Source: Tubiluchus corallicola
Taxonomy: Eukaryota; Animalia; Priapulida
Assembly: GCA_030141605.1 (NCBI GenBank)
Contig: JAQGDQ010000180.1
Span: 62,001 to 126,000 of the forward strand
DNA length: 64,000 nucleotides
Reading direction: 5' to 3'
Part shown: piece after piece, positions 42,541 to 57,248 of the stretch
Numbering within the stretch: the first letter of the stretch is position 1
Layout: each line of letters opens with the position of its first letter
The notes under the pieces: model-generated
The model's database searches: none
Told to the model about the DNA's origin: nothing
Seen by the model: only the letters and a program-made list of their open reading frames with translations
Program-made: the position numbers and the translations under genes

Positions 42541-43749
42541 TGATTATAATATGATCTAACATGAGTGTGACTGCCCCTGTTCAGCCTTTTTACTGGCAAA
42601 ATATTACATGTAATCTACGTTATCGCTTCTGTTCTCTGTTGGGTTGTGCATTACAACAACAATAATTCATTATACTTATGTTTAGTGATATTTAACGAAG
42701 TAACGCAGTGTTCGATAAGCAAAATAAACGAACACTAGGCAAAACAATAAATAAAATACATTCGTCCTAGTTTGTGAATGGTTCACGCCGGTAAAGTGCA
42801 AAAAATGTTCGAGTTCTTTCCATCTCGTTTTATTGCAGCACAGGACTACACCTCGGTGACTACATAAGACCGAAAATTCTGTGAGCACATTAATAGCAAA
42901 GAAGAAAAAGGAAAAGAAAAAGAAGATAGCACATCTTAGTGATAAAAACTGAGAGTTTTAACTTTTGAGTAATGTCATTTTAACTTTCTCGGTAACTATC
43001 TAAATTCATAGATGTGAATTATTTAATAGGAACTTTACAGCAAAATTAATACTGATTGTGATTAAATTTTGTCAGTTATATAGAAATTAGAATGATACAA
43101 ATCAGGTAACTACCTCTAATCACTGTTGCGATTCAAAAATCCTCTAATCACTGTTGTTATGGCAACAAAAACATCATTGTTTTTTCTTCATTTTCTTTTA
43201 AACGGTGAGAACATAAATTATGGCGAATTGCAATGTTTTGCAGTGAACTCAAACACGAAATGTCCTGTTCTAGTAAAAGACTAAAAGATTTAATTAATCG
43301 CAAAATGTGGGCACATAACATGTTGAATGTGACCTGTCCAATTATAACCGTCATGGCTGTTTCTGCCCGACTCCAGCTGAGATCTCTTTTCATTATTTGG
43401 CTTCGAAAAACAAATACATAACACAGAATAAACCGTATACACAGTAAGAAAGTACTAGCACTGTTTAGACATTTATAGCTTGTAGTTGCTGTAATCCGTT
43501 AATGGTGTTTATGCTTAGCTCTGTCCTGATAACAACGCAGTCTGAGTATTAATGACCAAACGAACATAAATAATCTGCTTTCCAAAGAGCCTGAAGCCAC
43601 TCTCCTAGTAATGGCCTATTTAAACAGCGCATTGTTAACGCATAAGTCATATGTGTGTATGGTATATAGTCATTCATTCAGAGGCTATTGCTTGGTAACA
43701 CTTGTACCTAACCTACTTTTTTCTGTTAGGCTGCTTTTAAAATGGCTAA

Positions 43750-44350
43750 AGGTACGACTCCATGTGCGCGTAATACGTGATGCGTATTGACTGCTTCTAC
43801 GTGTACGTAAACGCTATGCGTGTTAACAAAACCCACGACACTCTTTCCGCCATTTTTGGTCGCCATTCGTGAAAATTGCGAGAAATAATTCTTGGAAAAC
43901 GTGTCTCTGTCCAAATCTAAGCGTGGTAATTACAGCTCAAGCATTAGCATGGCTTATTATTGTCCTATTAGACGGAAAACTATACAAGAAAGCTTAGGTT
44001 TTGGGTGCACAAGATTTTTCAGGGGAAAGAATAATACAGCCACGTATCATCCATTAGTCATACTGCAGTTAGATGCACAACATGTAACAACATACTTCTT
44101 CCACCTCTCAAAAACCCAAATAGAAAAAATATTCTTGTTTATAAGTCCTAAAGTGACCAAAACTCACCTAACTAGAATTTTCAGAAAGCAAAGCGGCGAA
44201 AATGGTCACCGGAAACTTGAAAACTCGCTATAATCACCTAGGCAACGGCTGTTTCCTGTCTGCGTATTGCTGCGTGATGCGTATTCGGACTATAGCGATC
44301 ACGTTCGATTGAATACGCATCACGCATTACGTACACATGAAGTCGTACTT
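43750..44350. mobile_element. Harbinger-like MITE with ~40-bp TIR
   Basis: taa|AGGTACGACTCCATGTGCGCGTAATACGTGATGCGTATT ... AATACGCATCACGCATTACGTACACATGAAGTCGTACTT|tta. Confidence 0.75.
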
Positions 44351-45917
44351 TTATGCTCCAATGTTGAGCAGGGCCGGGCCTGATTTTGTAGGCCCCTGGG
44401 CTACAGATACTGTAAGGTCCCGACCCCAGTGACAATTAACAAAAGCATGAATGTTGGATTCTTCAAATCAATTGATTTAACTTCTACAATATGATGCCAA
44501 CATTAGGCCCACATAGACGGGTACGACTCTAACACAAAAACAGAGAAGAGATATTTTCTTATATTTACAAAATTCAACTTACACGTCTCCTCTGACAGAG
44601 GCCTTGTCTCTGTCAGAATTCCTAAAAAATTGCGTCATTGAAATCAGGATTGCCAGTGTGGCAGTACCAATGAGTTGGAATGATGGGCAAGAAAACAATT
44701 AAAGTGTATTATATACAGTATATTAATTAACTGAACCCTTTTTAAAGAGATAATTCAGTATACTTCTACTCTCATTCTGAAGTAACTTTTCACAGTAAAT
44801 TAATTTCACTTAATCTCTGGAGGCGCCTGGGCTGCAGCCCATAAAGCCCATGCATTAATACGGCACGAATGATTAGTAATTTACTTAAAAACTTTCCTGA
44901 AATATTCTTGGTGAACTGTTTCGTGTCAGTGGAAAAGTCCTGTGTTCGTGTTCGTTTCAGCATAATTGCGGTTACAGGTTTTCAGAAGATGTTTTTGAAA
45001 CCTTCGCTAGGTTTGTTATTACTTGTGGTAATTCCAAAACTTCAGACCTTTGTTTATTCGTTACGTATATAGACAATATATGGTGCTAACAATAAATAGT
45101 TTTTCCACGACTAGGATTCTATGTTTTTTATTTTAACCTCTTTACTGTGCCATGTTTTGTGATTCCAACACAGGCAGTTGTGTTATTTTATTACATTCAT
45201 ATTACAATGGTATTGTTCCATACGACAAAAATACCAAAAAACGTATTGTAAAGCCTCGTAAGCGCTACGCCACGCATGTGAACTAATTACCAGATAATTA
45301 TCATTACGATAAAGGCATGGTATCTAAGGGGATGAAGTATTATCTAGCAACGCTACTTCAATTCGTCGGGAAAATTAAACAGATACTAATAAAACATTTA
45401 TGATACTTCACATCGGATCATTAAGTGACATATGTTGCACGCGTCGTAGACAAATCGTTTGCACTGGGCGTGCCCATCATTGTGCTACCGCGCAGCCATC
45501 CATGAAGAAGCGACAGAATGTTAAATACGAGTTGATGAGCCTGTTATCTGTTGTCATATGACTGCTTATTAAATATTAAATGCCGAGTTGATAAGAGCAA
45601 ACATTTGTCATAATGTTGGCTGAGTTTAAAGAGTTCTCGAAGTGCTATTATTGGGCAGCTTGCAGTTGCACACAAACACGGACTTGTCTTGTTTGTCATG
45701 CACACTCTTGCGTAATGTGTACATTCAGTGTGCAGGGTAACAACGAGAAGAATAAAAAATAAGACGAAAAAGAAGAACAATAGCAGGGCGACAGATTTTG
45801 CAATAAAAATAACAATTTCGTTAGAATCGCGACGCACATATATTATAGGCCTGTGCATTAATACTATGAATTGAGTTTTCCTTCCCCGTTGCCGACTGTT
45901 TTTTCTTTTTTCTTTAT

Positions 45918-46016
45918 TTCTCTCTCTCTCTCTTTCTCTCTTTCTCTCTCTCCCTCCTCTTCCTCTCTCTCTCTTTCACTCTTTCTCATTTTCTTTCTCT
46001 CTATATAAGAGTAATA

Positions 46017-46084
<68 letters not shown>

Positions 46085-46185
46085 GATAATGATAATGATA
46101 ATGATAATGATAATGATAATGATAACGATAATGATAACGATAACGATAATGATAATAATAATAATAATAATAATAATAATAGAAT
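45918..46185. repeat. CT-rich and (AAT/GATAAT)n microsatellites
   Basis: directly visible. Confidence 0.95.
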
Positions 46186-46189
46186 AATA

Positions 46190-46685
46190 AACGCTTTAGT
46201 TCACAAACATAAACACACGTACAATTAACAAATCACACGCTTAAATAAACAACGCATACAGGAACACGTCTCTACGAATACAGGGCTCTTTTTAAGCGAA
46301 GTTGATTAAAAAATATCATAATTTATAACAAACACTACTACATTTATATCACAGTGCTGATTGAATACATTAATTCTTAGCAAAACTAATTCGTACCTCT
46401 TTATTTAGAATCACGTATTGTTGAAATTTTATGCACGTAATTAATCAATAATTTTTTAACTTCCACATCTCCACTTTTTTTTAAAAAACTTTAAACTTAT
46501 CCATATCACGAATGGAAGACAATTCTAGAAAAATATCTGATATTTGGCTTAAGAATGCAATCCTTTCTTAACAATAAACAATGCATTGCATACTAAAGTG
46601 AAATTCATCCTCCGTGCTCCCATTCTTACACAAAGTACATTTACTCATATCAAAAGGGGTTTTTTGCCTGGTATATTGACCTGCT
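46190..46685 (-). mobile_element. LINE ORF2 C-terminal zinc-knuckle remnant
   Basis: minus strand KCTLCKNGSTEDEFHFSMQCIVY (CxxC...EDEFHFxxxC) with stops; bounded by microsatellites. Confidence 0.65.
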
Positions 46686-46697
46686 TCAATTTGTAAT

Positions 46698-46802
<105 letters not shown>

Positions 46803-49697
46803 GTGTGTGATTAATGTAACGTATACGTCTAGCCAGATTGCTATGTATAAAATGGTGCGTAATATAAAATATGCATCACATTTCGAGGATAGTTGTAAAT
46901 AAATAATGGACAAAATGAGGTATGTTCGAAAACACAAAGAAATGCTTCAAATGACTCATCCACATTTCTGCAGGTGAGCAAACACACGTGACTCGGTTAG
47001 ATATTGAATTTAATGCTTAATGAGCGTTTCATTCTCCATGTACAAATAATTGTTTGTTAATGTGGATAAAATATTCAATTGAAAACGCTATTTTTCTGCA
47101 TAATTATGTAAAATGTGAAATAAAATGTCGATGTATCTTAAAAAGGTTTTTTCTGGATATGTAAACTATGTTAACTTAGCCGGCATGATAAACGATAGAT
47201 GTAGTTTTTAGAAGACTGTGTGCCTACGTTTATATGTAATGTAATATTTCTTTCTATTGAAAAATAAACACCATAAAGGTTCTCGTTTCATTGTTTAAAG
47301 AAAGAAGACTGAAAACAGCGTGGCGTCGCGTTACCATGGCGACACAGAGGGACAGATAGTTTAAAGTACTTTCTAAAGTGCTTTAAAACCTACTGTGTGG
47401 TGGCAGCCTGGCCAGGTTGGAAAATTAGAAATACGGGACACTCTTAAAATCTCTCTATATATCACTATGTATATATAAAATTTATACACGCCTACGCACT
47501 CGGATTAAAATATTATATAAAAGTAGAGACGTAAGTTAAAAACATAAAGCAAGAATTTTAATGGGTTATTAGGAAATCAAAAGTAAAATCTTTTTATTTA
47601 ATACAAGCTAAAGAATTCTGTAAAAGTGAAATCATTTGAAAACATTTATTTAATGCAGACAACAAAAAATATTATAATTATTTAATACAGGCGATATAGA
47701 TAACTAAACGAAATTTTGAGCAAGTAAAAACATTACAAAATTCTTATTCAGTGGAGGTAATATAAAAATGTAAAGTAAAATAATTTGGGCGGTTAGGCAG
47801 CAAACACGTAATTTTTGGGGACACTTCTATCAACGTAAATTTCCTCCTTTCATTTGGGTTATTTTCATAAAGAGAATTTGAGAAGAGATGTATAATTACT
47901 TGAAAATTCGGGACGTTTGGGTCTCCCTGAAAAGTCAGTGCGGGGCAGGGGACAAAATTATCAAATATGGGGACATTTCCCGCAGATAAGGGAAGTCGGC
48001 AACCCTATTCTACCTTGTTTTTGCTTGACGATTATGATGACTGTCAGCCTGAACATGATGACGACAATGACGAATGATGGCGACGTTAGATGCTCGATGT
48101 CAACGTAAAACGTTGCTGTTATAGGCTTTAATATCTTCCTTACGATCATTATGTAACCCGCATGACCATAACACTACTCCTGTACTACCATAATTACCAT
48201 TGAAATTTCTTAGGAATGTAACTCACGAATAATCAGTTTGGCAGTCCCTATGTAAAAAACGATACACTAAAACAGTCGCAAAGACGTATTCAACTATTCA
48301 ATATCGGTTTATTAAATTATTTCCAATAACAATTAATTATCGTTACAGATCAATGCGTAGTATGCTACACTTTGTAATGAGACAAAATTTATTTTTTCAT
48401 TACTTTGTAAACTAGCGATAAATGTGTTGGCATGGCAAATAATGTTTTTTTCCTTCATCACGTAATCTCAATAAGATTATTAGTTAATATAACAGTGTAC
48501 TTTCAACTAATTTGTATATAACATAATTATATAAGTTTACAGGTGTACTATATTACACTATACTTATCTATAAAAGCAAATGTATATAGAAAAACAAGCA
48601 TAGATCAGTATCAATATGGCCGATAACAGTAAGCAGTGAGTTTTCACAAAAAAGTCACTGCTTTCCTGACTTTACCCAATTATCTCTGCTGTTTTTCCTT
48701 TGGTATTTATAGGCCCTGCACTATGACTATTAACTATATTATAGTAAATAAAATTTTACGATAATTATATACATCATTTTCATGGACAAAACATCAACAA
48801 TGCACTTTGCTCTCTGTGGTGTATGATACACAACAGAGTAAATTATATTAAAGAATCATTTACGTCAATCATGCGAGAAGAGGATATAGACATGTAGAAG
48901 AAATACTTCAGACAACATCGTGGAAGAAGATTTTTACAGGAAAGGCCGGGCATTTTGTGAAGTTAGGCTTATTTCAATGTTCGCGAAAACTGTTAGAAAG
49001 ATTTTGTAATAAAGCTGCAATAAGCGCCTCGTGTAACTAGTAAAATCACTTTAACGTCGCGATCACTTCATGTTTGGACGCTCCTATTTTCAATGCTCAT
49101 TCTACTTCAGATGACGTCATTCGTCTTGAAGAATAGTAGTGCACTGTCAATCTTCATTAAAAGTATAACAAGTTTTTACAAAAAAATAGATAGCTAATTT
49201 TGTAATATTTTTGAGTGAACATTAGGTAAACTGCAGAAGTCTGAATTAGTTTAAGTAGCGCGCGCTTACGAAAAGTTACGAAGTCTCATAATTACGTCAC
49301 TTAAGTGAAGAGCGGCAACCTGAAAATCTCTATTCAGAGGTAGTTTATTTAAAATTTATCCATTATAAGCAGTTCTCTACAAATTTCTTTGTTATATTTT
49401 TCTAAGTTTAAGTGATAACAGTAAAATAAACCCAACATGCTGAGTGACTTCTTCTTTCCTTTAAGATCAGTACGCAGTGAGCAATATATTTTCCCACAGG
49501 TCCTAACTAACTAGCTAGGGTTATAATTAGTAAGCCTAAAAGTGTCTTTCCACACACACAAACAGATAGAAATTTTGAATCCACACACAGTTTAGAATTG
49601 AAAAAGACATGAATATCGAAAAATACTGTAAATGTCAGTTGAAATTAAATGAATACGATTTTATTTATGGTACATTCACTGTGTGTTAGTAAAGTAA

Positions 49698-50201
49698 AGG
49701 AAAACCGGACGATTGTGTAAACATAAGTTCAGAATAAAGAATGCTCCAATATATTGAAAATTACAATAGCTTATTTTAAATCAAAGCTTAGATTAATTAA
49801 TAATTACCCCGGATACTCAAATTTCGTTAAACTTTCAAAGCTACGCGCGGCTCAGTGAATCTACTAAGACTGACAACAGCGCCTTTTTGTCACATTCGCG
49901 TGGCCGAGAAATATAAGGCAGTACAGTGATAACCATGATCATTTTTCATGACATCATGCGTTTAAACAGTACTGTAACACTTACGCAAATGTGCTGGACG
50001 CACAAGGGAAGATGTCTGCCATTGCACAAACTGTGGTTAGTGCCTGGCGTAAGCAATAGCTGTGTACGGTTGCCCTTAATTAACTTTCTAAGCTAATTAT
50101 TCAAATATAAGGAACAATTGTTAACTTTATAGGCAAGAAAATCCTTATTTTGGACAGTAAATTAAAATGAGATTGAGAATGACCAATCGTCCGGTCTGCC
50201 T
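49698..50201. mobile_element. Kolobok-like element, copy 2 (inverted)
   Basis: gTAA|AGGAAAACCGGACG ... CGTCCGGTCTGCCT|TTAA; interior is the reverse complement of 9519-10051. Confidence 0.8.
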
Positions 50202-50876
50202 TTAATAAATTTACCGCAAGATTTTCTTAATAGAACAAACGTTTTTAGAAACAAGACAGGGACATGTTTTCATTCGTTTGTTTACTCGTGGCATCACATG
50301 CAAATAAATCCAACATAAGCTCCCACGCACAAACAAACAAACAGAGACCTACATTTTTTAAGGCGGTAACGAGATTAGAAGGGGAGAGGTGAAGCCAGCC
50401 CTGAAGCCAGAACTGATCACGTGACAGAAACAAGAGAATACCGGCGAAAACAAAATAAGCGCACATTGTGTTACCGATACGGCCGCATCTGCTTGTTATT
50501 CTAAGTTGTGTGGTCTGAACAAAGTGCGCTGATAGATGGAAAGATAGAAAGACTGAACGAAAGATAGCGAGGAGAGTTAGGTTATGTTACAACGTACAGT
50601 AAATGAAGATACATACGCCAACTGATACAACAGCTGCACTGAATGAAAGGGAGGCTTTTTTTACAGTAATTCCTTGCACCGTAGCTGCATAACAAGCTGC
50701 ATATAATATAGTCTCATGATCTGCAAATCGTAACATTAATAACTCAAACTAGATTGTGTTATAAAAAAAAACTGTTGTACTTATGTTGCTTACTTGCCAG
50801 CTCCAGTTTTACAGACCTGCATTACAAGAACATTCGATGTTTACAAAAAGGTTTTCAATTCTTTAAAACAAGAACA

Positions 50877-51102
50877 ACATCCGTTTTATAAACAACCCAC
50901 TATATATTCTAGATTTTATTGATTTTTTATTAGAAAAATCCAACGTTTCTGCTGTACGCAAGCAGTATTTTTCGTATAGGCAAGTGACTGCTAGTGACGA
51001 ACACACTAGTGACTGCTAGCGTACAGTAGAAACGTTGGATTTTTCTAATAAAAACTTAATAAAATCTAGAATATATGATGGATTGTTTATAAAACCGGCG
51101 TT
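50877..51102. repeat. ~80-bp imperfect inverted repeat (palindromic MITE-like)
   Basis: ttattagaaaaatccaacgtttctgctgtacgc / gcgtacagtagaaacgttggatttttctaataa, with extended arms. Confidence 0.85.
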
Positions 51103-51744
51103 TACAACTGTAATTGGCTATATGTATAGGCCTCTTATTTTGCCTATAACTGATAGCATGATCGGTTCTGTTAGCTTTTTTTATCGAAATTAGGCAACTA
51201 TAATTCTCTAAAAAAATTTATAATCATTACAACAGAAATGGTTACGATACTTATACACGTGTATAAAAGGCTAAAAAGCAGTAACATTGGACGTACGCAA
51301 ATATCGGGAATAAGCTATAGAAAAGGCACGTGATTACTCATATATGTAAATCACATATAGGATGTAAAAGTAATATGTAGTTGTATCTCCCAAGGCACTG
51401 CAAACTAAGGCACAGGCGGTGTTAGCCACATTTCATTTAACAAAGTTTTTTCACCATTATCATAATCATTACAACATATATATAATTCTGCTACATTTAA
51501 CGTATTGAACATACAAGACTATGTACAAAATAGCTTTAGTTTTGCACTTTATCGCTAACAATGAATTCATTAACTAACAATTATGAATATATAAATGGCA
51601 ATAAGTACATATTTAATTTAATTATTACACGTACATCGAATGACTATGAACTGCTTTGCCGTTAAATGCAGAATTATTAAATACTTTCGCTTCGTACACC
51701 ATGTCGGCAAAACAGCCATACTATACTAACTAAACTATACAAGT

Positions 51745-52036
51745 TGTCATCACTTTTCTCACTACAGTAAACAATGTAAATGACAACAATGATACACAAT
51801 GTGAATGACAACAATGATACCACACAGAAAGTAGTCACACATTTGCATTGTCATCACTTTTTTCACTACAGTAAACAATGTGAATGACAACAATGATACA
51901 CAATGTGAATGGCAACAATGATACCACACAGAAAGTACAGTCACACATTTGCATTGTCATCACTTTTTTCACTACAGTAAACAATGTGAATGACAACAAT
52001 GATACCACACAGAAAGTAAAGTCACACATTTGCATT
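51745..52036. repeat. ~105-bp tandem repeat, about 3 copies, with internal subrepeat
   Basis: gtcatcacttttttcactacagtaaacaatgtgaatgacaacaatgatac repeated. Confidence 0.85.
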
Positions 52037-53427
52037 TACACCATACACTTACACAACTGACAAAATACAGTATAATATATAATATGCTTGCACATTTTTC
52101 ATTAATATTAAATATTAAGCATTAACATTTAAATAAACGTTGATACCTGCATTACTATTACCTATAATTAATAATAATTAGCAGAAGTATGTAATTGCAG
52201 AATGAATTGTTGGCAGTCGCCTGAGCCTATACTTGCATACAGAAGTATGGAAAAATCTCAATTTTAAAACATTTATTCGCTAATTACACATGCCTCTGTT
52301 TTTCTAAATTTGTACATATCACCATCTATTATGGTTAAACCATTTTATTTACAAATCAGTCATCGTCAATTTCTATGCTGCTATCATAAATTTATAATTC
52401 GTCACGCACGGGCCCAGCCGTATATCGACTTCCCAATAAAGGTCAAAATTCAAACATCTGTAAAGTGAGTGGCCTCAAGTTCGTTGACCTTTGACCTTAA
52501 AGCGTGTTTCCCCTACACGATAATTAATTAGGTTTGTCATACTGATATGACTTCGCACGCATTGCAGGCCCAAATCTTCAAGGTGTTTGTCAGCAGACTC
52601 AGGTCTGGTCGAGTAAGAAAATGTAGGGCCTTGGAGCAGACCCGACCGGAAGTTCATCGCCACCGGAAGCAGTCGACTGCAGGGGAAATATGCGATGTAT
52701 TTGTCCAGAGAGATGCCTCATAAAACTACTTACAAAAAATCGATAACTCGATGTGTTAAATACGCTCTCCAGGTTTTTTCCGAGAATTTGGACGACACGC
52801 AAATAAGAGTTTGTTTAGAAATCGTTGCAAATCAAAAATAACTCGACTTATCGTTAATATCGCAGAAACTCTTGAATCTAAAAATGTTTGGGTTCAAAAC
52901 CGAGAAAAAGATCAATTTTATTAGATTCTTTTCTACTTTTTTATACATTAAAGAGTGAATCTTTCCCAATTAATTTATTGTCATATTTTCTTAAGCAAAT
53001 CAAACGATAAGTCACAAATCGAATTATCACGTTATACGCGGTTCTAAAGTCGTTGTAGCCGAGTTTGGCTTGAACGAAAAGAAGTCAACAATATGGCGTT
53101 GCATCAGTGTTTGTTGTGTGTTAATACGTAAGTTCATGCTGAGTTTGCACAAAAACACTGACAATGCCTTCTTTCAGTATAATCAGGAATGAATTATCTC
53201 TTAATCTCGTTTCAGACGAATCAAAAGTGAAAGAAGTCAAGAACATAGATTTATTGCAACAAATGATAAATTGTTCTTCAGATATTCTAGTTACTCATAA
53301 TAATAATAGTTACATTATCGTATTTTTTTTTACTTTTAACAATACATGTACTAAATCACTTGACAACTTCCATTTTTGATTTGGCTCGTGTGTAAACGTG
53401 AGGAGAACAGCATGAAGTTTCATAATC

Positions 53428-53740
53428 TTATTGCATCCGTTCTTGTAATTGTTGGGCAGCCTGATACGATGATAGCGCACCCGGGGTACCTCCAGCCAGC
53501 GCGGCAGGTAGATACGCACCTGCGCCGTACGCGGGTGGCGTAACGTAGCCGGACGCCGCGGCTGCTGCCGCCGCTGTGGTGGCGTAATCGTAGGTGTTAG
53601 CAAATTGACTAGCGTAAGCGGCGTAGTCGAAGTATCCTGCTGCGGCCGGAGATAGCTGAGCGGCAGCGGCGGCGGAGTGCGGTACCAGGACGCTTGGACT
53701 AGTCAAGTAATGCGGTGAGTATACGTACGGCCCAGGTAAC
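53428..53740 (-). CDS. RBM24: RBM24/RBM38-family RNA-binding protein, last coding exon (upstream RRM exons not located in window)
   Basis: tacag|G LPGPYVYSPHYLTSPSVLVPH...YFDYAAYASQF...AAASGYVT...SYQAAQQLQERMQ*. The Ala/Tyr-rich tail ending QQLQ-x-RMQ is characteristic of RBM24/38; GC-rich island in AT-rich context. Confidence 0.85.
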
Positions 53741-56066
53741 CTGTAAAAACAAAAGCAAAATATTTCAGAAATCAAATCGTATATAAACTTTATTTATTTT
53801 AAATGGATTGACATACAGTAATATTACTGATCGGAGTTTTTCCACTGTGCAACAAATACATTTTAGTTGAGAACAGATATATACAACTGATTATCAAGAA
53901 TATAGTTACATAGATAGTTAGTTCAAAAACACAAGTAATTCATTAGTTAACACTTAAAATTGAAATATACAAAGCTCACAGAGTACAGAAGCGATACAAG
54001 AAACAATTATCAATGTAGATGATCCTATTAGTTATACAAAAGTATGATTGATCAATAACTGATGTTTCATTCAGCAGTGCAAAATTCAAAATGATTCATG
54101 TTATAATTCATTTAAGCGTACAATTAATTAGCGATGGATCGCCTGATCTGAGCTTATGAAAGCAAATCAAGCGTGCGCGAACCTTTAAGTGACATTCAAA
54201 TAATTTTTTCCAGTCGTCATTTTAGAAATTGTGTGATTTTGCAATGTGAAATAGTCGACTTCTGTCAACATTCAACATTCTCCTTTATATCAACAAGCAA
54301 TGAGAGAATATTTTATCAGTTTTTTACCATGTTCCTTATGTCAGAGTCTTGAAAAGAAAATCACAGTCATCAATCAACATTCTAGTTTAGTGTTTCGCTT
54401 AGTCAGTGACTGCTTTTAAAACGGATATAGAACTTTAAAAATAAAGTCGGATATAGAACTTTAAAAATAAAATAACTTTAAATAAATAATAATAAATTAA
54501 TTACCTATATAAGTGATAAAAGCGGGCTTTTAAGCATAAATGAATTTATTTTAAAAAAACGTCGATGCAAATCCCAAAACGTTTCAATCATGCTGTACTA
54601 CGATGGTTTTGAGCAAATTTGAGTTTGTAAAAAATATCGTATTTTGTATTTTACAGTGACCTTTAAAGACGACGATGAACTGTGATACATAGTGGAAAAT
54701 TTCTGGTATTTGTGCGGATGTTTCTTAAATAAATTAGATATAATTCTTATATATCCAGTTGAGAATTTGTTCTGGCTATTAACATCCACGACGCAAAAAT
54801 GTTTTAATGATGAAAAACAGCTCCAACTTGTTGCTGTTATTCTTTTACTAAGCTGAATAAACAACATTGAAGCTCCAGGCGACAAACATTTCTCTCTTGA
54901 ATAAAACTTCAATTATAAACACATAAAAACTGCAAACAGTCAATTTTACAAGCGCATGATTCACTTGTTAGAGCCACGATAATAATTATTTAAAACGAAA
55001 CTACCTGATGTTAGTAAACACCATAATGCAAAATTAAACTACTTGAAAATATATTAATCCATTCATTCATATATATTTAATGAATATTTAATAAACAACA
55101 GTGATTATTTAACAAAGTAGGTCGATTCATTAGTCACAAACCCAGAGAAAGTAAGAAAATTTTCAGCCAAACGTTTTAACATATACCAAACGAGTTTTGT
55201 TATAAGTCGTACGTAGGAACAGCCACATTACCAAACTTGAATTTAAAAAAATCTTAACCTTCACAACATCTTTCTAATTTACATTCTTAATTTATAAATT
55301 AAAATTACTAAATAAATATTTACTTAATTTATTTGAAATTCGACAGTGTTGTTCCTAGCATTTTAGAGCAACATGTTGTTTAGTAACACAATGAATTTAC
55401 CTGTCTCTTCAGTGTATAAGCGCAGGGGTGTATCAAAATTTACGATGCCCTAGGCTGATAGTTCTAGCCCGCCAATCTCTATTGTGAATTTATGCTTGTT
55501 TAATTAATGACCCAATTAAACAATTGCTTGTGGTGTGTTAGAATCAATATTAACCTAGTTTTTATGTGGCCATTATTAATTACATGTATTTGCGTAGCGC
55601 TTATATTTAAAGGCAAATATACACGTTGCAAGCTGCGCAACTGCTTGTTATTTAATACCTTGCACCTGTTCATTACGTGGTACTTATATAAAAGCTGTGC
55701 TTAGTAACTGCCTGCAGTGTGTTATAAAATGCGCCCTTTATATGAATACATTACATTGAAGCTTGCTTGTCTACGCAAGTCATTGTCCTTTAGACACCCG
55801 AAAGAAGTTTCCATTTCAACTTTCTATAATCGAAGAAAATATGATCGTGTCTCGCTTAAAATGGACAACTAAATGCAATATTTGCTTAAAAGATGCTAAT
55901 TGACAAACAGAATTGTTGAAAACAGGAATTTATAGCACTAACATCAAAGCGACGTAGTCTTCGTATCAGAGAGTAATTAATGAGAGAACTAATCATTATT
56001 AGGGTGGTATTCCTCGATTTACAAGAAGCCACGATCATGCTTGGTGACAGCCAGGAATGCCCGAGG

Positions 56067-57248
56067 AATCGTTACTGAGGTGCAAGGTTGGCATTACGGT
56101 ACGGCACGAAAATATCGTACTTCGTACCTCTAAAAAATACCGTACCGTAGCTACAAAATCGAATCGTATAGTACGATAAAATATCGTACCGTAGCTACAA
56201 AATTGAATTGTACCGTACTAGTACGATAAATTATCGTATCGTAGCTACAAAATTGAATCGTACCGTAGTAGTACGATAAAATATCGTACCGTAGCTACAA
56301 AATTGAATTGTACCGTACTAGTACGATAAATTATCGTATCGTAGCTACAAAATTGAATCGTACCGTACTAGTACGATAAAATATCGTACCGTAGCTACAA
56401 AATTGAATCGTACCGTACTAGTACGATAAAATATCGTACCGTAGCTACAAAATTGAATTGTACCGTACTAATACGATAAAATATCGTACCGTAGCTACAA
56501 AATTGAATCGTACCGTACTAGTACTATAAATTATCGTATCGTAGCTACAAAATTGAATCGTACCGTACTAGTACGATAAAATATCGTACCGTAGCTACAA
56601 AATTGAATCGTACCGTACTAGTACGATAAAATATCGCACCGTAGCTACAAAATTGAATTGTACCGTACTAATACGATAAAATATCGTACCGTAGCTACAA
56701 AATTGAATCGTACCGTACCAAGTTCATCTACGATCAAATATAAAAAGATAAAGGGTAGCATAAAAATGAATTGTAAAAAAGATAAGTTTATTGATTATTG
56801 TTATGAATTTATGCATACTATAAAACGGAACTCTTGTTCGAATTTCCGTGCTAATTATTTTAGATTACAAAACCTACACGATACAGGCTATGCTATTATA
56901 TTATATACAAAACAGTCTGATGATAAAAATTATATCAGCACAAGATGAAAGCTTGGCTACGCTAAGCTTGCATCTTAAAAACATTATTGCGGCTACAGTG
57001 TCCCCTTTTAGCCCCGTCTGAGCTCATCCAGAATATAACGTAACCCAGAAAAACTTTTTTCCACACTCACTCGTGTGCAAGGCTGACAGTACGGTACGGT
57101 ACGGTACGAAAAATATCGTACTTCGTATAGCTAAAAAATACCGTAGCATAATTCCGTACCTTACGTTTAAGCATTTTTTCGTACCGTGGTGTAATTTTGT
57201 ACAGTACCGTACCGTACTTACTTCCAGTCTTGCGCCTCAGTAACGATT
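56067..57248. mobile_element. TIR element containing a 50-bp tandem array
   Basis: AATCGTTACTGAGGTGCAAG ... CTTGCGCCTCAGTAACGATT; internal unit aaaatatcgtaccgtagctacaaaattgaatcgtaccgtactagtacgat x about 11 (56140-56720). Confidence 0.8.
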
